A DNA stretch of 64,000 nucleotides, taken from NCBI RefSeq assembly GCF_016432865.1, contig NC_067399.1, positions 614,234,001 to 614,298,000 of the forward strand, written 5' to 3'. How positions within the stretch are numbered: position 1 is the first letter of the stretch; every line of letters starts with the position of its first letter. Both the position numbers and the translations under genes were made by a program. This DNA is from Antechinus flavipes. Taxonomy: Eukaryota. Of this stretch, positions 24,375 to 34,109 are shown piece after piece. The notes beneath the pieces were generated by a model, which saw nothing but the letters and a program-made list of their open reading frames with translations, did not search any database and was not told the DNA's origin.

Positions 24375-25275
24375 CCCTTTCAGATGAAGAAATCAAAACC
24401 ATTTCTAGTCATATAAAAATGCAGAGAAATTTAAATTAAGACAACTCAAGTACCCCTACACACCCCTCAGATCCAAAAAGATAGTGATGAATGTTGGAGG
24501 GGATGTAGGAAAACAGGGACACTGATACATCGTTGGTGGAGTTGTGAATAGATCCAGCCATTCTGGAGAGCAGTTTGGAACTATGCTCAAAAAGTTATCA
24601 AACTGTGCATACCCTTTGATCCAGCAGTGTTTCTACTGGGCTTATACCCCAAAGAGATACTAAAGAAAGGAAAGGGACCTGTATGTGCCAAAATGTTTGT
24701 GGCAGCCCTGTTTGTAGTGGCCAGAAACTGGACATTGAGTGGATGCCCATCAACTGGAGAATGGCTGGGTAAGTTATAATATATGAATGTTATGGAATAT
24801 TATTGCTGTGTAAGAAATGACCAGCAGGAAGATTTCAGAAAGGCCTGGAGAGACTTACATAATCTGATGCTGAGTGAAATGAGCTAGACCAGGAGATCAT
24901 TGTACACAGCAACAAGAAGATTATGTGACGATCAATTCTGATGCACATGACTCTTCCACAATCAGGTGATTCAGACCATTGGACTTGTGATGTAGAGAGC
25001 CATCCCAGAGAGACACTCTGGGGACTAAGTATAGATCACAACATAGTATTTTCATCTTCTTTTTTGGATTTTGTTTTCTCATTTTTTCTCCTTTCTGATC
25101 TGATTTTTCATATTATGCAGCACGATAATTGTGGAAATAGAATCACATTGTTTAACATATATTATATTACTTGATTTTAAGGGAGGGGGTGAGAGAAAGG
25201 GGAAAAAATTGGGACAAGCTTTTGTAAGGGTGTATGTTGAAAACTACGTGTATTTTGAAAAAAGCTAAAAAAATT
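24375..25275 (+). mobile_element. L1 ORF2 C-terminus and 3'UTR, 5'-truncated
   Basis: actgtgcataccctttgatccagcagtg (CIPFDPA) and aatgtttgtggcagccctg; A-rich tail. Confidence 0.85.
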
Positions 25276-25549
25276 TTTTTGAATGCTTTAAAAGAATGTA
25301 AGCTCCTTGAGGCCTGGGACTTCTCCTTTGGTCTTTCTCTCTCCATTCCCAGCAGGATGCCTGATGTACAATAGGTATTTAATGAGTGTTTAACAAGAAA
25401 CAATAAATGTTGATTCCCCTCCGGGTCTTACCTCTAACTGCCGGAAGCTCTATCTAAATCCTGAGTTTGGAGACTGATCCTGGATGCCTTCCCCTCTTAT
25501 TCACCCCTAGGCTCCCTTCCTTTATTCCCCTCCTCCCGTCCCCTTAACA

Positions 25550-26546
25550 CCAGCCTTAGTTCTCAGTCCCTCTTTCTCCACCCGCGGCGTCCTCTCGGTC
25601 CCCTTCCTTGCTCGCTGTCCGTTTCAGGTCCCTGCAAGCGCCCTGCCCATTCCCCCGTGCTTTCCCCCTTTGCAGAGTAGGGCCTTTGTGGCCGTGGAAA
25701 ACCTGGAAACTCGCGGGGAGCTGGTGGGAGGAGGACGGGAGAAGGCAGCACTCAGCCAATCAGTGACCCCGGAGCAGCCGTGTCCCCTCCCCCTCCCGGG
25801 GCCAGAGACCGGAAAACGCGCTCTGCAAACCCCTCCCCCTTCGAGCTTCGATTCCTCCACTCTAGGAGGGGGGCAGGAGGGGAAGTTCGGCCTATCCGGG
25901 GGTGGGGGTGGGGGTGGGGGTCGTGCCCCAGAATCTCAGGGTCTCCTGCAGGCAGCCCCGGGGCAGCGGAACTTGTCTGGCTCCCAGACCGCAGCCCCGG
26001 AGGGGAGGGGGAAGCAGCGAGATGTTCGCAGAGGTCTGCGCCCAGAGAGGCGGGGGTCTGGGTTTGAAGCCCAGCCTGGCAGCCGTTTTGCTGTTTGCTG
26101 CTCCATAAAATGACCGAGTCGGGCTAAGAGATCTCCAAGTTCGCTCCCAGCTTTCTCCCGTAGATCGCCCTCGGCCAAAGCTTCCCTCCTGCCTCTGTGG
26201 ACCCTGGGGTCAGGGGGGGCCGCAGCAAATTTTTAACTAGAACCATTGATTATTAACAAGAGGAGAAAGCCCAGGCTTGCCTCCTGGGCAAGGGCAGAGA
26301 GCGGCCAAGTCTGCTTCCGAGGGATTATGCTGGCACCCCGAGTCTGGTCCTCTGTGAGGCTGGGGGCAAGGGGGCTGGGCGGATGCCTGGCGCGGGGCCT
26401 GACGGGCTGGGCCTCCGCAGAGGGCAGGAAGGTGGACATCGGGGGCATCTACCCTCCGGTGACCACCCCCTTCACGGCCACCGCGGAGGTGGACTATGGG
26501 AAGCTGGAGGAGAACCTGTACAAACTTGGCACCATCCCCTTCAGAG
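25550..26546 (+). promoter_or_regulatory. HOGA1: HOGA1 GC/CpG-rich promoter and first exon region; CCAAT 25756-25760; HNF1-like ATTGATTATTAAC 26245-26257
   Basis: Visible GC/CpG enrichment upstream of ATG 26327; 11/13 match to GTTAATNATTAAC. Confidence 0.6.
26327..26546 (+). CDS. HOGA1: HOGA1 exon 1 (mitochondrial targeting peptide + start of DHDPS-like aldolase)
   Basis: [16 protein letters not shown]...[40 protein letters not shown]|gtaagg, 220 nt. Confidence 0.95.
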
Positions 26547-28272
26547 GTAAGGTGGCTCCTGGAAGGGGCGAGGGGGGCCGCACAGAGCCCTGGAAGACCT
26601 TCGGCCTTGGATCTAACTCCAGCTGCGTTACTCGGCACCGAGTCACTTGTCTTTCCCAAGTTTCCTCCTCCACGAAACGGGCAGGCTGCGCTCCTTCCGG
26701 TTCTGAGAGTCAGTGGTTGGTGGGGAGCGGGGGTGCTCCTCAGGATGAATGACAGCGGTCGGCATCCTTGCAGCCCAGAGCAGTCCTCCCCGAGGGGAGG
26801 CGGCCAGCCCTCTCCAGAGATGGAGAATGGCTTTGTTACTTTGTGTGAACAACGGGACGCAATCCCCCCAAAGCCTGACCTCTGAATTCCTGACAGGCCC
26901 TTTCTGAAACTCCTCTGAAGGGGGATCCGTCTGTCTTATCTCTCAGTCTCTACCTCCATCCGATCGAGCACTCCCAGGATCTGAGTAAGAATTTTCAGGC
27001 TAACAAATTCTTCCTCTCCTTCCCTATTAAGGACCCTCCTCCAGGAAAGGGACTGTCTTGCTTTTCTATCCCCAGTACTTAAGTTACCTGGCACACAGCA
27101 GGTGCTTAATAAATGCCGATTGACCGACTCTGCAATTGACTACTTTGGCCCCCTCATTTACTTACTCTTGACTGGCTTTGCTTTTTTCTCATCTTTCCTG
27201 ACCAATATTTAGAGAAGATCCTCTTGAGAAGTCTGATAAGACAACAGTATCTTATCATCACTACTACTAGTACAAACACAGCAGTGTCTTACTGGGTGAT
27301 TTTCACAGCCCCCACTCACCCTTCTGGAGATCCTTAGTTCTCTGGACCCCCTGGGGGTAGATAATACCCTGTAGAATTTTCCTTTCCATGGAGTCCTTGT
27401 CTGCTACTGTGGCCACTTGCTGAAGAGGGACGTCCATCTAAGAGGAAGATGCATCATGGACCAAATTTGGCCATGAGATCTATGGGCCCTTCTTAGAAGG
27501 CACAAAGTGAAACATATAGGATTGCAAAGGAAGCCAATTATATTGAAATCTAGTTATCAGAAATGTCTCTTTTTGTAAAGCCTCTGGCCTTAAGACCTCC
27601 CAAGCCAGAGAGGAACCCCGGGTAGCACCAGCCTTGGGGGTGCAGTGCACCTGACACCTATTTCATCGCCATTGGTGGGAGTACTTGGTGTTTGTAGCAG
27701 CACCGGGCCAGTGGTTGAGGTGTAGTTGCCCAAGTCGACTCCATCCTTACTCCAGCTGAGGAATAGTCTTTAAGGGGACAGAGAAGAGCAGGCTGGGAAA
27801 TGGCCAGGATGGGAAACTTCCCTCCTATTGTCTTATTCCACAAAGTGGTAGATCCAAGCCCAACAGTTTCTAACAGAACATGGCGGCTTGCTCCCCTCAT
27901 GAGACCTAACCACCCTTTTAGAGGCAGCAGATCATTAACACTTCCATTAAAAAAAATCAAGCTTGACAACTTAGGGAGGGCCTCTGGGAAGTGAATTTTG
28001 TACAAGCAGGAAATGTCCATTAAGAGCGCGAGTCCAGTGCTGGTTTAGGGCACACAAGCTCTTAGTGTGGACTTTGCTTCCAGGAGTTACTGGACAGAGA
28101 GAATGCGTAACTGGCAGCAGGCACCCCCTTGTCCAGAAGTTCTATTCCCCACCTACATTAAGAAACATGAAGATGAATGAGGGCACTGATTAACTCAGAG
28201 GTGTGGAAAAATCCATTGAGATCAGGGCAAGACACAGTGGGATCACCTTCCTGCCTCTTCCTCTCACTTCAG

Positions 28273-28328
28273 GTTTTATGGAGTATGTGGGAAGAGGCCC
28301 CGGGAACGTGATGATTACATCTTAAATG
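28273..28328 (+). other. Putative 56-nt cassette exon ending in TAA-ATG|gtaag
   Basis: Long pyrimidine tract + cag acceptor (28271-28272) and ATG|GTAAGA donor; predicted by eye only. Confidence 0.4.
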
Positions 28329-28840
28329 GTAAGACCAGGCCAGCTGAAGGTCTTTCTCAATCCCAAGCAAGTTGAATTCACCAGATCTGGTGTCCTGCCC
28401 TAAAGCATCCCTCCACTGCATAGCTCTTAATGTGGGTCAGACACGCCAACTCCAGGGTTATGCAGGATCTGTGAGCTATGGCTTTCATGTCTTCCCAACT
28501 CCAATAAATTCTAGCCTGGGAGGCTCATTCATGGAGGAAGCGGGGATCAGGAGGGAGGGATTTCCCCTAGTGTGGTACAGGCTGTCTCTCTCACAGGAAC
28601 TAGGAAAGCAGCTAAGGATGATAAAAGAGATGAATGGGAGATGGTAGCATGGGTGACTGCCGATGACCTGGGATGAGGGCACAGGGGTTAGTAAGAGAGC
28701 TCCTCCTAAGGACCCTTGGAGCAGAACACCCCAGTACCCCTATGTTGTGTTTTCTGAGTAGTTTTCTGAGCTTCCAGTCGAGGAGGCAAAAAGGTTTCCC
28801 TTCTAATCAGCTGGTCTCTGTCTCTGTCTCAGAGTGTCTG

Positions 28841-28842
<2 letters not shown>

Positions 28843-28904
<62 letters not shown>
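28843..28904 (+). repeat. (TC)31 microsatellite
   Basis: Direct reading. Confidence 0.95.
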
Positions 28905-28907
<3 letters not shown>

Positions 28908-29965
28908 TCCCCCCCCCGGAATTGCATCCCCAGGATGCAGGACACAGAGACCTCAGGAAGATGTCACATTTGAGCTGAGGCTCCCCTTGGTCAGGACTTT
29001 GTCCATCAGACTGCAGCGGGGCTTCTCAAATGGGTCTGACCAGTTGCCCTGTTTTAGTCTGAGGGAGGCTATTTTGTTCCTCTTCTTTAAAACTTTTTTG
29101 GTTGCCTCATCAGAGGTAAGGCACTAGCACTTTTGGTTTGTTTTTGTTTTTTTTTTTTTTTTGTTGCTGGATTGGGTTAACCAGGACCACGTAGCTAGTC
29201 ATTGTCCAGCGACACATTTGAAGTCATGTCCTCCTGTCCTGACCTGAGAGCCGATGCTCTATCCCCCCAGCTGCCCCTAGAAGAGATTTATTTAAAAAGA
29301 TAAGATTTTAGGTGACATTAAAGCTAGGGAGTCCAGGAAGTAGAAAAGAGGAAGAAAAATCATTACAAGCATGGAGCACAGCAGTGAAAAAGCCCATAGT
29401 AGGGACCTTAGACATTTTTCCAGGGCCTCCATTCCTTTATCCATAAAAAGTGGGGTATGGAGAGAAGGCTCCCGACTTCTGGGCTCCCTTCTGGCCCTAT
29501 GACACTGAGGAATAAAAAGTACTCATTTTACAGAGACAAAGCTTTCATGGGATCATAGAAGGGAACTGGAAAAAGTCATCTGATCCACCCCCACTCCCCA
29601 CCTTTTACACATAAGGAGACAGCCCCCCAGCAGTGAGAGATGATTAAGGTCATAAAGACAGAATGGGGGATTTGAATCCAGGTTGAATCCATCTGACTCC
29701 CAATCCAGCAAACTCTCTATAGTCCATGATCTCAGGGTAGGAGGAGTGAGCCCTGGAAGTAAGACGGGTAGCAATCTCTGCTAATAGGAAAAGAGCATCA
29801 TTAGTCTTTGTGAAACTGGGGACATGGCCGGCCTGATTTTCTTGAGGTTAGAAAGCAAAAATTCTCAAGAATGCAAAACTGGCAGCAGCTGGAGAGTCCC
29901 AGGGTGGTTTTTAATATGTTCAGTGAGAGCTGGACATAAAGCCTAATACTTCCCCACCCCCACCC

Positions 29966-30100
29966 CCAAGGCAATCGAGGATAAGTGACTTGCTTAGAGT
30001 CACACAGCCAGGCAGTGTTAAGTGTCTGAGACCAGATTTGAGCAGAGGTCCTCTTGACTTCAGAGCTGGAGCTTTATCCACTGCGCCACCTAGCTGTCCC
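29966..30100 (-). mobile_element. WSINE1-like SINE
   Basis: Reverse complement gggacagctaggtggcgcagtggataaagctccagc...ctcagacacttaacac. Confidence 0.85.
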
Positions 30101-30117
30101 AAACCTAACACTTTCAA

Positions 30118-30801
30118 CATTTTTTCCCTCTTTCTCCCTTCCTTCTCCTTTCCCTCCTTCTCTCTCCTCTCTCTCTCTCTCTTCCTCCATTTCCTTCTCT
30201 TTCTCCTTTTCCTTCTTCCTCTCTCCTTTCTCCTTATCTTTTTTCTTCTCTCCTCTTTCCTGTTTCTTCTCTCCTTCCTCTCTCCCTGTCTCCCTCCCTT
30301 TCCCTCTTCTTTATCTCCCTTCTGTCTTTCTCTGTCTCTTTCTTTCTTCCTTTCTTTTTCCCTCTCTCTGTGTCTTCCCTTTTCCTCTTTGTCTCTCCAT
30401 CTCTGTCTCTCTCTTGTTTTTGTCTGTCTCCCTCTGTTTCCCTTCTCTGGTTGTCTCTCTCCCTCTCTTTGTACTTCCCCTCTCTGTGTCCCCCCTCACT
30501 CCTCTCTCTGTCTTTGTCTTTCCATCTCTCTCTCTCTTGTTTTTGTCTCTGAATCCCTCTGTCTCCCCTCTCTATCTGTTTCTCTCTCTCTTCCCCCTCT
30601 CTTTCTTTGTATCCCCCTCTTTCTGTCTGTGTGTCTCCATCTCTGTCTCTCTCTTGTTTCTGTTTCTCTCTCTCTCTTTTTCTCTGTTCAATGTCAGGTG
30701 GATTTCTTTCCCCCCCCAGGCTTTTTTCTTTTTCTTTTTCTTTTTCTTTTTCTTTTCTTTTTTTTTTTTCTTTTTCTTTCTTTTCTTTCTTTTTTTTTTT
30801 T
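30118..30801 (+). repeat. ~680-bp polypyrimidine low-complexity tract ending in (CTTTTT)n-like repeats
   Basis: Almost all C/T; a ~120-bp sub-motif recurs near 30392, 30513 and 30632. Confidence 0.95.
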
Positions 30802-31469
30802 TGGCAAATTCTCCACTTCAAATAAAATACAAAAAGAGAAAGTTAGATGAAACTGCAAGGCTATTACATAGAACTTTCTCTTCTTTTTAAGTAACTAATA
30901 AATTCAACCTGTAACTTTTACTGCTTCCTAGCTCATTGGTGATTCCTTCTAGCCTTCTTCTAACTTTGAATGGAAGGGGAATTTCATTACTAACTCCACT
31001 TTTTCCTTCTAATCTCTTCACCCTTCCGTTGAAAAAAAAGAACAAATGTATTTAGTCAGGAAAAACAAATTCCCACACCATCAGTGTCTGAAGACATATA
31101 CCCCACTCTTTCATCATGAGTCCCTCACCTCTGTGCCAAGAGGTGAGACATTTCATCGTGGGGGCTCTAGAACCGCAAGGGTCCCTGTAGCTTCCCAGTG
31201 CAGCCGCTGGGCTGAGCTAACACTTTCTGTACTTCCCCCAATTGTGACCTAGCCCCATTCCAGAAGGGTCTCGTTGTTGCCCTCCTTCCCTTCTTGTTCT
31301 GGGGACTACATTCTCTTGTGTGGTTGGGAAGGCAGAGGAGGGAGACGGTCCTTAGTGGGCGTGTAGTAGCAGAAGGAGTTTGGGGATAAAGGGAGAGAGG
31401 GGCTTGGGCTCTGGCTGCAGGGTGGGAACGTCAGCTCCAGTGGAGAAGCGAGGGCGACAAGCTGGCAAA

Positions 31470-31680
31470 ACAGAGAGAGCCCTGGGCTTGGAGCCAGCAA
31501 ATGTGGTTTGTGTGACCCTGGACAAGTCGCTCGATTCTGTTGCCTCTGTTTCCTCGTCTGTAAAAATGAGCTGAAGAGGGAAGCGGCAAACCGACCCCCT
31601 ACCTCTGCCAGGAAACCCCCACACAGGGCCACAGAGAATCCAACAGGACCAGGAGACTCGCCAGTCACAACAAATAAAAC
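31470..31680 (+). mobile_element. MAR1-type SINE with GC-shifted sequence, upstream of the C10orf62 exon
   Basis: gtgaccctggacaagtc...ctgtttcctcgtctgtaaaaatgag...ggaagcggcaaacc. Confidence 0.7.
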
Positions 31681-32059
31681 GGCCTCTGCTTGCGCCATAG
31701 CCTGAACCGTGCGCAGAACCAGGAGGAGGCCGAGCTCGTGCTGGCGGCAGGCTGGGCTGGGAGACCCTCCAGGGGTCTGAGGAGAGCAGTCTGGCTGGGA
31801 CCCCAGATCCCCCTCCCTGGTTGGGTGCTCCAGCCCTGCCAGACCCCCCAAGCCCGCCGGGGCCCACCTGCCCACCCCTCCCAGCTGTCTCCCTCATAAT
31901 GGGCTTCATTGCTGAGGCAGGGGAGGGGCCTTCCCCAGGGGGTGAAGGAGCAGGGTTCTGGCCCGCAGACACCCTCTGGGGTGCCTTCCAGCATGAGCCA
32001 GCTTACCTGGGCACCCCATTCCCTCTCCTGCCTCATTTCCCCATGCTCTCTCCTCTCAG

Positions 32060-32821
32060 GCTGATCGGCTCAGGGTCCTGGAGAGCCTGGGAGTGCTAAT
32101 CCAGCAGCCATCATGCAAGGTGGTGCTGGCAGTCAGCCTGCTGCTGGGGGCTGGGGGGCTCTACCTCTGGTTCCAGGGGAAGAAGAAGACCCTTAAGAAG
32201 TCTCCAGCATGTAAGAAAGAATCCGCAGTGTCCGCTGCCATAGAGAATAAGAGCGATCCCTGGATCAAGTCCCACTTCAGCCGGCTCTCGGATGAGAAGC
32301 TGTGCGCGCTGCTGCAGGAGGGCGGCAGTGGGGAGGCGGGCTCCGCGCACACCAACATGCAGGTGGAGACGTGCACCTCGAGGATCCGCGAGGGCAAGAA
32401 CGCCGACATCCGCAAGGAGGCCTACATCACCCGGCAGAGGACCTCCGGGAGCAAGGTCTTCAAGGAGTGCCACAAGGAGTCCTCCAAGTCCAACGCGGCG
32501 GACGAGACGGCCTGGGCCTCGGTGGCCTCCTGCGTGCACGAGATTGACCTCACCGGCCGCCAGCTGGCCGACTCCATGCTGCAGCGGGCCGCCCGCTACC
32601 AGCACTCCGGGCACCTGGAGACCAAGGACATCAACAAGGAGGAGCTGAAGGCCTTGGAGGAGGTGGAGATGAAGGTCAAGGGCAATTTCCTGACCCGCTG
32701 GGAAAGCAACATGGCCGGCTCGAGCAACACCTACCACAACCATGGCTACCACAGCCAGCCCCCCCACAGTCAGCCCCCCCGCGGCCGCCAGGCCTCCCAC
32801 GCCTACTTTAACCTCACCTAG
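32060..32821 (+). CDS. C10orf62: C10orf62 ortholog, main coding exon nested in HOGA1 intron 1; start codon unresolved
   Basis: Open frame from a strong acceptor (ctctctcctctcag|GCT) to TAG 32819-32821; motifs WIKSHFSRLSDEKL and TAWASVASCVHEIDLTGRQLADSMLQRAARYQHSGHLETKDINKEELKALEEVEMK match remembered human C10orf62; syntenic position. Confidence 0.85.
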   Translation, partial: ADRLRVLESLGVLIQQPSCKVVLAVSLLLGAGGLYLWFQGKKKTLKKSPACKKESAVSAAIENKSDPWIKSHFSRLSDEKLCALLQEGGSGEAGSAHTNMQVETCTSRIREGKNADIRKEAYITRQRTSGSKVFKECHKESSKSNAADETAWASVASCVHEIDLTGRQLADSMLQRAARYQHSGHLETKDINKEELKALEEVEMKVKGNFLTRWESNMAGSSNTYHNHGYHSQPPHSQPPRGRQASHAYFNLT

Positions 32822-33108
32822 CAGGCTGGCAGTGCCCCCCCCCCTGCAGGGATGGCGCGGTCTGCCCTCGAAGACTGTCCCTACTGTCCGGTCCGAGGAG
32901 AGGCGGCCCGAACCTCCGGTCAGAGGCCTTCCGGTGGGGCCTCCCCGGCTGGGTCAGCGGAACCTGGGCTTGGGCCCGAGGTGGGGCCAGGGGGCCCGAG
33001 GGAAGCCCGCAGTCCCCCAGGGAAGACCTTCCATCGCTGTGACAGAGAGAAGACCTGCACTCCCCAGAGCATGGGATTAAACTAAAGAAAAACACCTGCA
33101 AATGAGCC

Positions 33109-33114
33109 AATAAA
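33109..33114 (+). terminator. C10orf62: C10orf62 polyadenylation signal AATAAA (inside HOGA1 intron 1, same strand)
   Basis: AATAAA about 290 nt after the stop; ATTAAA also at 33076-33081. Confidence 0.7.
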
Positions 33115-33689
33115 ACCCTGCAACACTGGCGCGGTGTCTGAGGGCTTGTGTGGGAGCCGCGACTTAGCTGCGGAACGAGGTCTTTTCCTGCCCTGGTGCC
33201 TCGATTTCAGGGGCCGCAGTGCTGTTTTGTGGGACCCCGCCCCCCACCGAGGCTCCTGGGAAAGGGAAGCTGCCGGGGTTAGCTTTAGTGTAGGGGCAGG
33301 GGCAGGGGCAATGACAGACCAGAAGGCCCTGTCCCCGTCCCCTCACTTCTTCTGGGAGAGCCCGGCCAGGCCTCCCTGATTCCTTTTCACCTTTTCCCAT
33401 TGAGTGAGTGGGAACCTTTCTCTCAGAAACGCCTAGTAAGTAAGGGCCCTGTACTTGTGCTGAACACCAGAGGTTCACGTGCAGACAAGGAGGATAAACA
33501 ACCCCCGCCTTCCAGGCGCTTCTGGCCACAGACTTTGTATAGTCTAGTCCGGTGTAGCTGGCGGGGAGCTGCGGGACCAGGTGGGAGGGTTGGGACAGGG
33601 AGTTCCCAGGGTGGGGATTGGAGGCGAGACTGACAGTGTTTTCCAGAAATACTCTCATTAACTTGATTATTTTTCTCCCCCAAAGCCCT

Positions 33690-33870
33690 TCTTTATTGCT
33701 ATTGTTGAGTTGTGTCCGACTCTCCATGACCCCATCTGGGATTTTCCTGGCAAAGATACTGGAGTAGTTTGCCATTTCCTTCTCCAGATTATTTTCAGAT
33801 GAGGAAACTGAGGCAGAAAGGGCTCACACAGCTGATGAGTGTCTGAGGCTGGGTTTGAGCTTCAGGCTGC
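33690..33870 (-). mobile_element. MAR1-type SINE
   Basis: tgtccgactctccatgacccc...ggcaaagatactggagtagtttgccatttcc. Confidence 0.8.
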
Positions 33871-34109
33871 CCTCCATCCCTGTATAAAGCACTTGTTCTG
33901 TTTCTGTTTCATCAATCCTACTCCCACTTCAGTACCTTTTCTCTGCACAGGTGAATTGTTCTTATGTTCCCCATTCCTTTCTTCATGAAGTAATGTCTAC
34001 CTCTGTCTGGTTCTTTCTTTTCTGTCCTCATAATCTCCCTCTACCCATCCCTCATCTTCCCTTAGCATTCTCTAGCTAACGGATCTTTCTCTCTCATTTG
34101 CCCAGATTA

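Noticed and set aside
29966-30100. tRNA-like A/B boxes suggesting a tRNA gene (also in other SINE heads)
   Set aside because: These are SINE heads followed by SINE body sequence; no complete cloverleaf
29990-30890. Long Leu/Ser/Phe-rich and Glu/Arg/Lys-rich ORFs
   Set aside because: Translations of the polypyrimidine tract, which lacks stop codons by composition
31899-32099. ATG in strong context at 31899 as the C10orf62 start
   Set aside because: Different frame, stops at 32099; its decent donor (31942) is phase 1 and does not fit the phase 0 acceptor. It would need an indel or a weak splice pair, though an assembly error cannot be excluded
32111-32800. 229-aa antisense ORF over C10orf62
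   Set aside because: Expected shadow of a CDS with very GC-rich third positions; no recognisable homology
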